Source: an uncultured Gammaproteobacteria bacterium (GTDB lineage: Bacteria > Pseudomonadota > Gammaproteobacteria > Arenicellales > JAANXG01). From it: 64,000 nt of DNA. The stretch spans positions 8,006 through 72,005 of the forward strand of contig CAMYKK010000010.1 of NCBI GenBank assembly GCA_947258975.1, written 5' to 3'. The translations under genes and the position numbers were made by a program. Shown here piece by piece: positions 44,032 through 53,555 of this stretch. The notes under the pieces were generated by a model that worked only from the letters and a program-made list of their open reading frames with translations, made no database searches and was not told the origin of the DNA. The number at the start of each line of letters is the position of its first letter. Positions within the stretch are counted from its first letter, which is position 1.

Positions 44032-46512
44032 TCACGCGCCGGATAGTTCCACATTATCCCGCCGATGCGGCAGCGGCGAGACAAATCCACGCAGCCGCAG
44101 GCTGTTGGTGACCACAAATAGACTCGAGATACTCATTGCGAGGGCCGCCAACATCGGATTGAGCAGGAGCTTGATGACCGGATACAACGCACCGGCAGCG
44201 ACTGGAATAAGCGCGATGTTGTAAGCATAGGCCCAGAAAAAATTGAGCCGGATCGTCTGTAACGTTTTTTTCGCCAGCGCCACCGCGTTGACGATTCCCC
44301 GCAGATCGCCGGACATCAGAATCACGTCACCCGACTCGATGGCGATGTCCGTGCCGGTGCCGATGGCAATGCCGATGTCGGCCTGTGCCAGCGCCGGCGC
44401 ATCATTGATCCCGTCACCCACGAAAGCCACCCTGTGTCCTGCATGTTGCAGGCGTTTCACTTCGGCGGCCTTCTGATCCGGCAGCACTTCCGCAAGCACC
44501 CGATCGATCCCCGTGTGGCCGGCAATGGCCTGGGCAGTTCGTCGGTTATCGCCGGTCAGCATGGCGACATCCATACCTATCTCGTGCAGCGCATCGATGG
44601 CAACAACACTGCCCTCCTTTACCGGATCCGCCACCGCCAGAATGGCCGCAAGCTTACCATCGACCGCCGCGTAAATCGGCGTCTTGGCATCATCAGCCAG
44701 ACGCTCGGCGGCATCCCGGAGGGAGTCCAGGTTGTGGCCCAGTTTCTCCATATACCGGTCGGCGCCCACCTGTACCTTACGGCCGCCGGCTTCGGCTTCC
44801 AGGCCATAGCCGGGCTCGGCGCGCACCGCAACGGCCTTGTCCCATGAGATGCCACGCTCCCGGGCAGCGGTGACGATCGCCTGCGCGATAGGATGCTCGC
44901 TTTGATCCTCCACCGCTGCCACCAGCAACAGCAATTCGTCTTCGGCCATATCGATGGTGTGCAGATCGGTCAGCTCGGGGCGGCCTTTTGTCAGCGTGCC
45001 GGTTTTGTCCAGCACCACCGTATCCACCCGCGCCAAGAGTTCCAGCGCCGTGCCCTGCCGGAACAGGGTACCCATCTCGGCACCCTTCCCGCTGCCGACC
45101 ATAATTGCCGTTGGTGTCGCAAGACCCATGGCGCAGGGGCACGCGATCACCAGCACGCTGACCGCGGCAACGAAGGCATAGTTCAACGCCGGGCTGGGAC
45201 CAATGACAAGCCAGATCACGAACGTCAAGAGCGCGCACGCGATCACCACCGGTACGAAGATCCCCGCGATGCGGTCGGCGAGCTGCTGGATGGGTGGCTT
45301 GGTCGCCTGGGCCTCTTCCACCATGCGGATAATCTGCGCCAGCACCGTCTCGCTGCCGACACGGTCGGCGCAAAACGTGAAGGCTCCGGTCTTGTTTACG
45401 GTTCCGCCGACTACCTGGGCGCCGGGACCCTTCTCCACCGGCACCGGTTCCCCGGAGATCATCGACTCATCGACAAAGCTTGCGCCCTCGGTGACGGCAC
45501 CGTCCACCGGGATGCGTTCCCCGGGTCGAACCACCACCAGGTCGCCCGGCGCAACCTGCTCAATGGGAATCTCCATCATCTCCCCCTCGCGCGTCACCCG
45601 GGCGGTTTTCGACTGCAGCCGCATCAACTTCTTGATTGCCGCGGAGGTACGGCCCTTGGCCTTGGCCTCGAAGTATTTTCCCATCAGGATCAAGGTCACG
45701 ATCACCGCTGCGGCCTCGAAATAGATGTTGGCCGTGCCCTGTGGAAACAGGTCCGGCAACACAATCGCCAACAGCGAGTAAAAATAGGCCGCCGACACGC
45801 CCATCATCACCAGTGTGCTCATGCCTGGATTGAAATGGCGCAGCTCGGCCCAGCCGTGGCGGTAAAAACGCGACCCGGCGATGAATACCACCGGCGTGGC
45901 GAGCAGAAGCTCCAACCACCGCCATGCAGTCGGCGGCAGGACCGCATACATCGCCTGCTTCGCGGCAGGCACGAACATGGGCGTCATCGACACCAGAATA
46001 AGCGGTAGCGTGAGTGCGGCGGCAAAAACCAGGTTTTTCCACAGTGCGCTCAACTCCGCGTCACGCGCGCTCTGGCCGTCATCAACCGAAGGTGTGAGTT
46101 CTGCAGGTTGATATCCGGCATCGCTGATAGCGTTCTTGATTTCCGCCGGCGTGATGACGTCGGGCAAATACTCGGTGTGCGCCTTTTCGGTGGCCAGATT
46201 CACGCTGGCAGCAAGCACGCCGGGCAGCTTTTGCAGCACACGTTCAACCCGGCCCACGCAGGACGCGCAGGTCATGCCCTTCACCTGCAGCTCGAGCTTT
46301 GCGCGCACCGGTGCGTAACCGGCGTCATTGACCGCATCGAGCAACCGAGTCATGTCCATACCATCCGCAGCATAAACGACCGTCGCCTTCTCGGTGGCAA
46401 GATTGACGACCGCTTGTTCGACACCGGGCTGTTTTTTCAACATGCGTTCCACCCGCGCGACGCACGACGCACAGGTCATCCCCTGCACCCCGAATCGGAT
46501 CTCTTTGCTCAT
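44032..46512 (-). CDS. copA: Cu(I)-translocating P1B-type ATPase
   Basis: 826 aa with two N-terminal HMA domains (GMTCASC twice), the CPC motif ([11 protein letters not shown]), DKTGT, and GDGINDAP. Confidence 0.95.
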   Translation of the reverse strand: MSKEIRFGVQGMTCASCVARVERMLKKQPGVEQAVVNLATEKATVVYAADGMDMTRLLDAVNDAGYAPVRAKLELQVKGMTCASCVGRVERVLQKLPGVLAASVNLATEKAHTEYLPDVITPAEIKNAISDAGYQPAELTPSVDDGQSARDAELSALWKNLVFAAALTLPLILVSMTPMFVPAAKQAMYAVLPPTAWRWLELLLATPVVFIAGSRFYRHGWAELRHFNPGMSTLVMMGVSAAYFYSLLAIVLPDLFPQGTANIYFEAAAVIVTLILMGKYFEAKAKGRTSAAIKKLMRLQSKTARVTREGEMMEIPIEQVAPGDLVVVRPGERIPVDGAVTEGASFVDESMISGEPVPVEKGPGAQVVGGTVNKTGAFTFCADRVGSETVLAQIIRMVEEAQATKPPIQQLADRIAGIFVPVVIACALLTFVIWLVIGPSPALNYAFVAAVSVLVIACPCAMGLATPTAIMVGSGKGAEMGTLFRQGTALELLARVDTVVLDKTGTLTKGRPELTDLHTIDMAEDELLLLVAAVEDQSEHPIAQAIVTAARERGISWDKAVAVRAEPGYGLEAEAGGRKVQVGADRYMEKLGHNLDSLRDAAERLADDAKTPIYAAVDGKLAAILAVADPVKEGSVVAIDALHEIGMDVAMLTGDNRRTAQAIAGHTGIDRVLAEVLPDQKAAEVKRLQHAGHRVAFVGDGINDAPALAQADIGIAIGTGTDIAIESGDVILMSGDLRGIVNAVALAKKTLQTIRLNFFWAYAYNIALIPVAAGALYPVIKLLLNPMLAALAMSISSLFVVTNSLRLRGFVSPLPHRRDNVELSGA

Positions 46513-46579
46513 GTCAGTTCAGTGTTTCGAGTTTTAGCGCGTGCCAACAGGACCATGGTGTATTTATGCTCATTGATGC

Positions 46580-46873
46580 TCAGCGATACTTGAGCACTTC
46601 CATCAATTCGGTCACGATCTGGTCGGTGTCTCCACGGTCCGCGGCGGTAACCACGTGATCGTGGAGGTGACTGCGCAGCACCAACCCGCCCACCTTATCG
46701 AGCGCGCCCTGCACCGCCTTGATTTGCTTCAGGACGTCGACGCAGTATATGGATTCGTCTTCCAGCATGCGCAGTATCCCCTCTACGTGACCCTTGATCG
46801 ACAGCAACCGCCGGCGCGACTGCTCGCGAGTCTCGGCGTCTAGATGCAGCGCATGCGCACAGGCCTTGTTCAT
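46580..46873 (-). CDS. CsoR/RcnR-family metal-sensing repressor with a C-H-H ligand pattern
   Basis: 97 aa starting MNKACAHAL. Aligns with CsoR and RcnR: Cys44 (IYCVDV), His69 and His73 (RSHLHDHVV). The start overlaps the copZ stop (ATGA). Confidence 0.8.
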   Translation of the reverse strand: MNKACAHALHLDAETREQSRRRLLSIKGHVEGILRMLEDESIYCVDVLKQIKAVQGALDKVGGLVLRSHLHDHVVTAADRGDTDQIVTELMEVLKYR

Positions 46874-47094
46874 GCCGCCACCTCTGCCTGGTAGCCCTCC
46901 CCGGTGATGGCGGCAATCAGGGCGGCAGCGTCCGCCTGCCCCTCGACCACCGCAAGTTCTTTCGCTCGATCCACCTCGACGACGCGCTCCACCCCGGGCA
47001 CCGCGGAGAGCGCCTTGTTCACCGCCTGCTCGCAGTGCCCACAGGTCATGCCGGAAACCTTCAACTTGATCATACCTCTGCTCCTGTCTGCCAT
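46870..47094 (-). CDS. copZ: HMA-domain copper chaperone
   Basis: GMTCGHC motif on a ferredoxin-like fold of ~67-74 aa. The likely start is MIKLKV at 47073, preceded by AGGAG. Confidence 0.85.
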   Translation of the reverse strand: MADRSRGMIKLKVSGMTCGHCEQAVNKALSAVPGVERVVEVDRAKELAVVEGQADAAALIAAITGEGYQAEVAA

Positions 47095-47106
47095 ATTTGA
47101 AATAAT

Positions 47107-47126
47107 CCCACCCCACCTGGGGTGGG
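47107..47126. promoter_or_regulatory. G/C-tract inverted repeat, candidate CsoR/RcnR-family operator
   Basis: CCCACCCCA-CC-TGGGGTGGG with perfect 9-bp arms. It lies 7-8 nt downstream of the predicted -10 of the copZ promoter. Confidence 0.55.
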
Positions 47127-47133
47127 TAATTCA

Positions 47134-47163
47134 ACTATAACGCTCACGGCTAAACCATGTCAA
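47134..47163 (-). promoter_or_regulatory. Sigma-70 promoter of the copZ / CsoR-family / copA operon
   Basis: The minus strand reads TTGACA (47163-47158), a 17-18 nt spacer, then TTATAGT (47140-47134). Confidence 0.55.
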
Positions 47164-47256
47164 GGAATGGCGTCGCCCGTAACGCGCGGCTTGCCACGCA
47201 AACAGCGCTCCGCATTTAACGGCGATACCCATTGCGTTTTACCTGTCACAACGGCG

Positions 47257-48285
47257 ATGATTCACGTCGGCGCCACCCTCGCGCAACAAATACGAGGTCT
47301 CATACTCGGAAAACTGAAATTGGCGAATCCCGCATCGAAAAAGGTCATCTACACGGCGCTGGTTGGGAACGGTTTGATCGCCGTTTCCAAGTCCATCGCC
47401 TCCGCCGCCACCGGAAGCTCTGCCATGCTCAGCGAAGCCATCCACTCGGTGGTGGACATGGGCAATCAAGGCCTACTGTTACTGGGGATCAAGCGCTCGC
47501 AACAACCACCGGATGCGAGCCATCCGTTCGGCTACGGAATGGAATTGTATTTCTGGACGTTTGTCGTCGCCATATTGATCTTTGCGGTGGGCGCCGGCGT
47601 GTCGATCTACGAGGGTGTACACAAACTCCAACACCCGCAACCGATACGCAACCCCATCATCAACTATGTCGTCCTGGGGCTGGCGATGATTTTCGAAGGC
47701 TATGCCTGGTACATTGCATTCGCCGAGTTCAAGAGAATTAAAGGCACCATGAGCTATATCGAGGCGGTGCGGCGCAGCAAGGACCCCACCCTGTTCACGG
47801 TATTGTTCGAGGACAGCGCGGCGATGTTGGGACTGATCGTGGCTTTCGCCGGTGTGGCCGGCGCCACGGCCTTCGGTATGCCCAGACTCGATGGCCTGGC
47901 GTCGATTCTGATCGGGGTCATCCTCGCAGTTACCGCCGCGCTGCTTGCTTATGAAACCAAGAGCCTGCTCATCGGCGAGCGCGCCACGGTGGAGGTGATC
48001 GGCGGCATCCGTGAAATTATACTCAAACAACCCGAGATCATCGCACTGAACGAGTTGCTGACCATGCACCTGGGACCCCAAGATATCCTGCTCAACCTCA
48101 GCGTTGATTTCGATGACCGGGTGTCCTCCAAGCAAGTCGAGGAAGCGATCTCGGACATGGAACAGCGGATCAAGGCAAAATTTCCAGACGTGTCCAGGGT
48201 ATTCATCGAGGCGCAAAGCTGGCAAAAGCACCGCGAGAATCTGCGCCGGAATGAGACGCCTGCCACACCTACCCCACCGTTATGA
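47257..48285 (+). CDS. Cation diffusion facilitator (CDF) family transporter
   Basis: TM domain with SSAMLSEAIHSVVD, followed by a cytoplasmic C-terminal domain. The start is uncertain: the frame is open from 47122, and that extension would run through the promoter and operator. Confidence 0.8.
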   Translation: MIHVGATLAQQIRGLILGKLKLANPASKKVIYTALVGNGLIAVSKSIASAATGSSAMLSEAIHSVVDMGNQGLLLLGIKRSQQPPDASHPFGYGMELYFWTFVVAILIFAVGAGVSIYEGVHKLQHPQPIRNPIINYVVLGLAMIFEGYAWYIAFAEFKRIKGTMSYIEAVRRSKDPTLFTVLFEDSAAMLGLIVAFAGVAGATAFGMPRLDGLASILIGVILAVTAALLAYETKSLLIGERATVEVIGGIREIILKQPEIIALNELLTMHLGPQDILLNLSVDFDDRVSSKQVEEAISDMEQRIKAKFPDVSRVFIEAQSWQKHRENLRRNETPATPTPPL

Positions 48286-48778
48286 TCCATTCGGGGCTGT
48301 CGCACTCCGACATCGGCCCCTGTGCTACTGCGGCCTTAAGCTCGCCGAGCCCTGGCACCATGACCACTAACCGTCAACGGATCGATCTAGCCAACAACGA
48401 TATCGACTACGAAACGCAATTTTTGACCGAAAGTTTTTATCAGTTACTGGGGTCAGTTCCGACATAAGACCATGTCGATTCTTAAAATCCCGACTGCACG
48501 GGGAACGTGAACTCCTTGATCCATGATCCCGTCAAAGTACTCGGACAGGTCCCGTCCACGATCAGAAGCCATCCGTCGCGACGAAGCGCGCGACGGCCAC
48601 CGTAGTTTTGCGATACAGGTGATTCATGCACTTCCGTGCGTCAAGTCGCCCCATTTGGCACCGCCCAATCTGATGCCGTCTTGCTCTCCCATTTTCGAGA
48701 TATTGGGCTTCTCAAGTTACGCTATCACAACGGCGTCACGATCGAATTTACTGATCGAAACGAGAAAAAAATACCGTT

Positions 48779-48988
48779 TTACTCTCCGTCCTTACTCCCG
48801 TATTTAAACGCCCCAATTACCAACCACGATGGGCGTGCCCGTTGGAATAGCGGAACGCCAACGGTGTCCTCGAGCAATTTGACGCGCGCGCTCACGGCAG
48901 ATTGGGTCAAAAAAAGATTATCCGCAGCCTTCCCAAAGTGCCTGGTCCTGGAGACCTCGAGAAACGTTTTAAGCAGTTCTATGTCCAC
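48779..48988 (-). pseudogene. LysR-family regulator remnant (HTH domain only)
   Basis: [50 protein letters not shown], then unrelated sequence and a stop. No effector-binding domain is found downstream. Confidence 0.7.
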
Positions 48989-49048
48989 AGCTATACCTGG
49001 ATCAAAATTCCAAATTTTTCATGACAGCGGATGGCGGGACCCGAGGCG

Positions 49049-50092
49049 CTAAACGATGCTAGGCTCCGAATCCGATTCAATTGCCTTTTCTTGCCGAGTA
49101 CGAAAATCCTGAACTCGGTCCGCGGCACTCTCCACATCCACAAAGCGTGCAATGTGGAATAGCGCTTCGCCCTCATTGACCAGGGGAATCAGCGCCCTGC
49201 CGATGACGATGCCCTTGGTGCTGGCCCGGATTTCCGTGTCGCGCTCGCCAAATGGATCGGATACGATTCCCAGAACGTCACCTGCCTCCACACGGTCACC
49301 CAGGGTTGCCGACGCCCTCAGGATGCCTCCTTCCGAGGCCCGCACCCAAACCGAGGATTTTGCTACCACACTGCGGCGACGAAGGGGCCGCTTGGTCTTG
49401 GGCAACATGTCCAACTCACGCATCACGTTTACAACACCGCGCACACCCGCATGGATGGCGACCTCATCGAATCGCAGCGCCTCTCCCGCCTCGTATAACA
49501 ATGTGGGAATGTTATTGGCCACCGCCGCTTCTCTAAGCGAGCCTTCGCGCACATCGGCGTTGATGATAACTGGCGCATTAAAGGCACGGGCCAGTCTGGT
49601 CGATTCCGTATCCTGGAGATCGATCCGGACCTGCGGCAGATTGGTGCGGTGGATTGCCGCGGTATGGAGATCGATGCCATGGGTACACCGGGAGACGATC
49701 TCCGACATGAACAGATTTGCAAGCCGCGCCGCAAGCGACCCTCTCTCCGAGCCCGGGAAACTGCGATTCAAGTCGCGGCGGTCCGGCAGATATCTGGAAT
49801 GCTGTACGAATCCGAACACATTGACGATTGGAACCGCAATCAACATGCCACGAATTTTTCGAAGGTCCGCGCGCTTGAGAAGACGGCGGATGATCTCGAC
49901 GCCATTGATCTCATCGCCGTGCACGGCCGCCGATACAAACAGCCGCGGTCCGGAGCGCCTGCCATTGACCACATGAACCGGCATGGTCATCGGAGTGTGG
50001 GTATGCAACAGGGCCACGGGTAGATCAACGGTCGCCCGCTGGCCTGGGCCGACCAACTGGTTCCCGATGGCAAACGGCTCCGGCACTTTCAA
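49049..50092 (-). CDS. Succinylglutamate desuccinylase/aspartoacylase (M14-like) family protein
   Basis: 347 aa with [15 protein letters not shown] typical neighbour of rimK. Confidence 0.8.
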   Translation of the reverse strand: MKVPEPFAIGNQLVGPGQRATVDLPVALLHTHTPMTMPVHVVNGRRSGPRLFVSAAVHGDEINGVEIIRRLLKRADLRKIRGMLIAVPIVNVFGFVQHSRYLPDRRDLNRSFPGSERGSLAARLANLFMSEIVSRCTHGIDLHTAAIHRTNLPQVRIDLQDTESTRLARAFNAPVIINADVREGSLREAAVANNIPTLLYEAGEALRFDEVAIHAGVRGVVNVMRELDMLPKTKRPLRRRSVVAKSSVWVRASEGGILRASATLGDRVEAGDVLGIVSDPFGERDTEIRASTKGIVIGRALIPLVNEGEALFHIARFVDVESAADRVQDFRTRQEKAIESDSEPSIV

Positions 50093-50994
50093 CCCTTGCC
50101 CTTGGTCCGGGTGCGCCCGTACTTGGCGTCCTTCTCTATATACTCAATGATCATGCCGGCGATATCTTTCCCGGTTGCGGTCTCGATCCCTTCCAGGCCC
50201 GGCGACGAATTCACTTCGAGAACCACCGGTCCGTGATTGGCGCGAAGAATATCTACCCCCGATAGATTCAGGCCCATCACATTGGACGCGCGAACCGCGG
50301 TCTGACGCTCCATGGGGGTCAATTTTCCGAGTTCCGCTGAACCGCCACGATGCAGATTGGACCGAAATTCCCCCTCTTTCGCGGTCCGTTTCATCGCCGC
50401 GACGACCTTGTCCCCGATCACCAGACAGCGAAGATCGGCGCCGCCGGCTTCCTTGATGAACTCCTGGATGAGAATGTTCGCCCGCAGGCCGCTGAAAGCG
50501 TCGATTACGCTCTCGGCGGCCTTTTTGGTTTCCGCCAGCACGACTCCTTTTCCCTGGGTACCTTCGAGAAGCTTGATGACCAGGGGCGCACCGCCCACCA
50601 TGGTTAGCAGATCGTCAATATCGTCGGCATGGTTGGCGAAGCCGGTTACGGGAAGCCCGATACCCTTTCGCGACAGTAGCTGCAACGATCTGAGCTTATC
50701 CCGGGAGCGCGAGATCGCCACCGACTCGTTCAAAGGGTACACACCCATCATCTCGAATTGGCGCAGTACGGCGGTAGCGTAAAACGTGACCGACGCTCCG
50801 ATCCTTGGAATCACGGCATCGAACCGCTCCAGTTCGGAACCCTGATAGTGAATCTGCGGTTTCTGCGACGTGATATTCATGTAGCAGCGCAATGGATTGA
50901 CGACCTGAACCTCATGATCACGCTGCTTGGCCGCTTCGACGAGCCGCCGTGTCGAGTAAAGTTTGGGCCCTCGGGACAAGATTCCGATTTTCAT
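50089..50994 (-). CDS. rimK: Ribosomal protein S6 L-glutamate ligase (ATP-grasp)
   Basis: 301 aa starting [21 protein letters not shown]-grasp pattern throughout. Confidence 0.9.
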   Translation of the reverse strand: MKIGILSRGPKLYSTRRLVEAAKQRDHEVQVVNPLRCYMNITSQKPQIHYQGSELERFDAVIPRIGASVTFYATAVLRQFEMMGVYPLNESVAISRSRDKLRSLQLLSRKGIGLPVTGFANHADDIDDLLTMVGGAPLVIKLLEGTQGKGVVLAETKKAAESVIDAFSGLRANILIQEFIKEAGGADLRCLVIGDKVVAAMKRTAKEGEFRSNLHRGGSAELGKLTPMERQTAVRASNVMGLNLSGVDILRANHGPVVLEVNSSPGLEGIETATGKDIAGMIIEYIEKDAKYGRTRTKGKG

Positions 50995-51006
50995 ATTTAG
51001 TTTCCT

Positions 51007-51453
51007 TCATGGTGACTTGAATCGTTTGGTTTTCGGTTTTCCCGCCAGATACGAGGCGGCAGGATCGACGACGTAACGCTTGACGATTGCTTTACGGCCC
51101 AACAGCATGCGGAATTTCATGGTATCCCGGTCCGTGAGCGTAACCTGTATACGCCACAGCGCGTCGCCGATGACTATCGGGGTCTCGATGAACAACCGTT
51201 TTTCTGCATGTCCACCGGAATCGGTAACACTTCGCTCGTCGACGATACTCGCGTCGCACACCACTTCGCGGTTCGTATTTCTTTGCCGCGGATGAATCCA
51301 AAACTTAACACGCTGTTGTCCATCGACCTCGTAACGCTCAATCTTGAATGCATGTAACGCAGACGTGCGCGCGCCTGTGTCAACCTTAACTTTGATCCGG
51401 TCGATCGACAGTTCAGGCAACGCCGCCCACTCTCTCCAACCCAGGGTGCGCAT
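51007..51453 (-). CDS. DUF785 / ATP-dependent zinc protease (RimB-like, retropepsin fold)
   Basis: 148 aa with [12 protein letters not shown]...[13 protein letters not shown]. Confidence 0.8.
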   Translation of the reverse strand: MRTLGWREWAALPELSIDRIKVKVDTGARTSALHAFKIERYEVDGQQRVKFWIHPRQRNTNREVVCDASIVDERSVTDSGGHAEKRLFIETPIVIGDALWRIQVTLTDRDTMKFRMLLGRKAIVKRYVVDPAASYLAGKPKTKRFKSP

Positions 51454-51571
51454 TATTGTGAGGTCTCTTTTTCTGAGTGTGATCGCCTAATTTACACCAC
51501 GCTCATCAAAGTTGTGCAATTTTTTCGATTGCGACAACACACAACTATTGTGGATCACATATTGAAACCGT

Positions 51572-51599
51572 CATAGCCATCCCCAATATCTGCTCACAC
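51572..51599 (+). promoter_or_regulatory. Sigma-32-like heat-shock promoter
   Basis: TTGAAA-N13-CCCCAATAT upstream of the disrupted hsp20 paralog. Confidence 0.5.
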
Positions 51600-51656
51600 A
51601 ATCTACCGAATTAATTGGAGTACGAAAGGAGCGAACTTATCAACAGACCGGACCGG

Positions 51657-52075
51657 ATGATCCCCACCATGCTTGATCTTCTTCGCGACTACGAATTCGG
51701 AGAGAACTGGCCCACCGTCGGCCGCTGGCGGGGTTTTGGCGATGGGCCACTGGTGCACCGATCGACCTCCGGGAAATGGAAGATCATTACGAAGTCCGGG
51801 CCGAGTTGCCCGGCATGGACAAAGAGAACATCGCAGTTTCCATCCAGGACAATGTGTTGACAATCAATGCGGAAAATCGCCAGGAATCGAACGCTCAAAT
51901 CGGCCGGATACTTCGACAGGAACGGCGTCATGGGAAATACGTAAGAAGCTTTCGGTTGCATGGCGACCTACAAAAAAACAACCGCAGCGCGGAATATCGA
52001 GATGGAATCCTGACGTTGCATGTGCCGAAAGCGGCGCACGCAAAACCGCCCCGAATTGACGTGAAAGTCAAGTAA
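51657..52075 (+). pseudogene. Hsp20 small heat-shock gene with an apparent 1-nt frameshift
   Basis: The N-terminal region (MIPTMLDLLRDYEF...GDGPLVH) lies in the frame of ORF 51615. The alpha-crystallin domain (PIDLREMEDHYEVRAELPGMDK...) lies in the frame of ORF 51776. The junction is near 51756-51760. Confidence 0.65.
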
Positions 52076-52085
52076 TCCAACAAGT

Positions 52086-52126
52086 TGACAGGCCGCGCTC
52101 ATGGGACCGACCCGGGCGGCCTGTCA
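52086..52126 (+). terminator. Stem-loop (11-bp perfect stem) after the hsp20 paralog
   Basis: TGACAGGCCGC (52086-52096) pairs with GCGGCCTGTCA (52116-52126) around a 19-nt loop. The downstream U-tract is weak (GTTTCG). Confidence 0.35.
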
Positions 52127-52242
52127 GTTTCGACCAAGTAAGACTTGCTTTTGACCGCATACAACGGCGATCATTGTCAAACTCGTGGCGACAGTGAAAT
52201 TAAGCACCGTGTCCCGAAATTCTATGTCCCAAAACACGTGAA

Positions 52243-52587
52243 TTGCACGGGGCGGCCGTTATCGCGTTGATCGGCGAGCACACGCGGGTAGAGTTGATGG
52301 CGGGTTTGCGTACAGTCCCATCCAGCCCAAACGGAACAATCGCGGTCAACGAGATTCTTACAATGCGCCTGGGAGCGGAAGATATCGCGCCGCACTCCAG
52401 CGTCCATATTGACGACCGTGTGTTCTGCAGACAAGTCGCAGAAGAGATCGAGGAAATTGAACAGCAGATCATGGTCTCCCACACCGGAGCATCCCGGGCG
52501 ATCATCAAAGCGCAGCGCTGGCAAAGACACCGGGCAGGCCTGCAGAAACAGCCATCCACCAAGGCGGCACCCGCGTGGCCGCTATGA
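52243..52587 (+). pseudogene. CDF transporter C-terminal-domain-only ORF (remnant, or a stand-alone CTD)
   Basis: The 114-aa ORF (TTG start) aligns with the last ~110 aa of the CDF at 47257..48285: LIGE...NE(L/I)LTM.LG..DI...D(F/I)DDRV...QVEE.I..(M/I)EQ.I...A(Q/K)...WQ(K/R)HR. No TM domain is present. Its stop overlaps the corA ATG (ATGA). Confidence 0.6.
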
Positions 52588-53555
52588 TTAGCACCGTTCT
52601 GTTTCGACCCGGGCAAGCTGTCATAGAGCGCGGCGGGTCCGAGCTGATCGATATCTGGGAACACGAAAAGGATTGCGTCATCTGGGTGAATCTGGCCGAT
52701 AACAATCCGGAGGAAGAATCCGCTCTGCTCACAGACCGATTCGGATTGGATCCCCTGGCGATTCAGGATGCGCAAAGAACAAGGCATCCGCCCAAACTGG
52801 AAAGATTTGAAAATTTTACCTTTCTATTGTTCAAAGGATTACACGGCGACGCCACGGGGCTCAAGTTCAAGACCATACAACTCGCCCTTTTTCTTGGCGA
52901 GAGATTTCTGATTACGCGCCATTCGGGACCCTCGCAGAGCATCAAAATCCTCAACAAAGAAGTTGACAAGCCGGATTCTCCAATCACCGAAGGCGCCGAT
53001 GTGCTTGCGCTTCGCCTGCTGCGCATCATGGTGGACCGGTATCTCAAAATGATACTTGCACTGGAGCCAAGGCTCGAAGAAATTGAAGACGAAATGATCT
53101 CCAGTCCCTGCGACGAGTTGCTGGCGGAACTCATCAACCACAAGAGTAATTTAAAGAAATATATGCGGGTGTTTGCCTATCACGTACAGCTACTTTTGGA
53201 ACTGAAAACACGTCGATTTCCCTGCTTTGGTAAAGACCGGGGACATTTGATCAACGACGTCTATGAACACGAAGAGCGCGCGAGCAGTCTTGCGAGTTTG
53301 TATTACGAAACGGCGGCGGATCTCATCGATGGATACATCTCGGTTGCCTCGCATCGGCTCAACAACATCATGAAGATCTTGACCATTGTCACCGCCATCT
53401 TCGTGCCTCTGAGCTTTCTTGCCGGGATCTATGGAATGAACTTCCAAAACATGCCGGAGCTCCAATCCCGGTCCGGTTATTTCATACTACTTAGCATCAT
53501 GGCCTCGATCGTCGCGGTTCTGCTCTACGTGTTCAGGAAAAGGAAGTGGATTTAA
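52584..53555 (+). CDS. corA: CorA-family divalent metal ion transporter
   Basis: YGMNF (GMN) motif and two C-terminal TM helices. The ATG is at 52584 and the frame is open from a GTG at 52575. Confidence 0.85.
   Translation: MISTVLFRPGQAVIERGGSELIDIWEHEKDCVIWVNLADNNPEEESALLTDRFGLDPLAIQDAQRTRHPPKLERFENFTFLLFKGLHGDATGLKFKTIQLALFLGERFLITRHSGPSQSIKILNKEVDKPDSPITEGADVLALRLLRIMVDRYLKMILALEPRLEEIEDEMISSPCDELLAELINHKSNLKKYMRVFAYHVQLLLELKTRRFPCFGKDRGHLINDVYEHEERASSLASLYYETAADLIDGYISVASHRLNNIMKILTIVTAIFVPLSFLAGIYGMNFQNMPELQSRSGYFILLSIMASIVAVLLYVFRKRKWI

Noticed and set aside
46580-47134. The 184-aa track ORF treated as a single gene
   Set aside because: Its upstream half is a shadow frame over copZ. 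The real genes are copZ (46870-47094) and the 97-aa CsoR-family gene (46580-46873), joined by an ATGA overlap.
48523-49052. Plus-strand ORFs 48523-48807 and 48636-49052
   Set aside because: They are antisense to the LysR remnant or lie in decayed DNA. There is no RBS and no recognisable motif.
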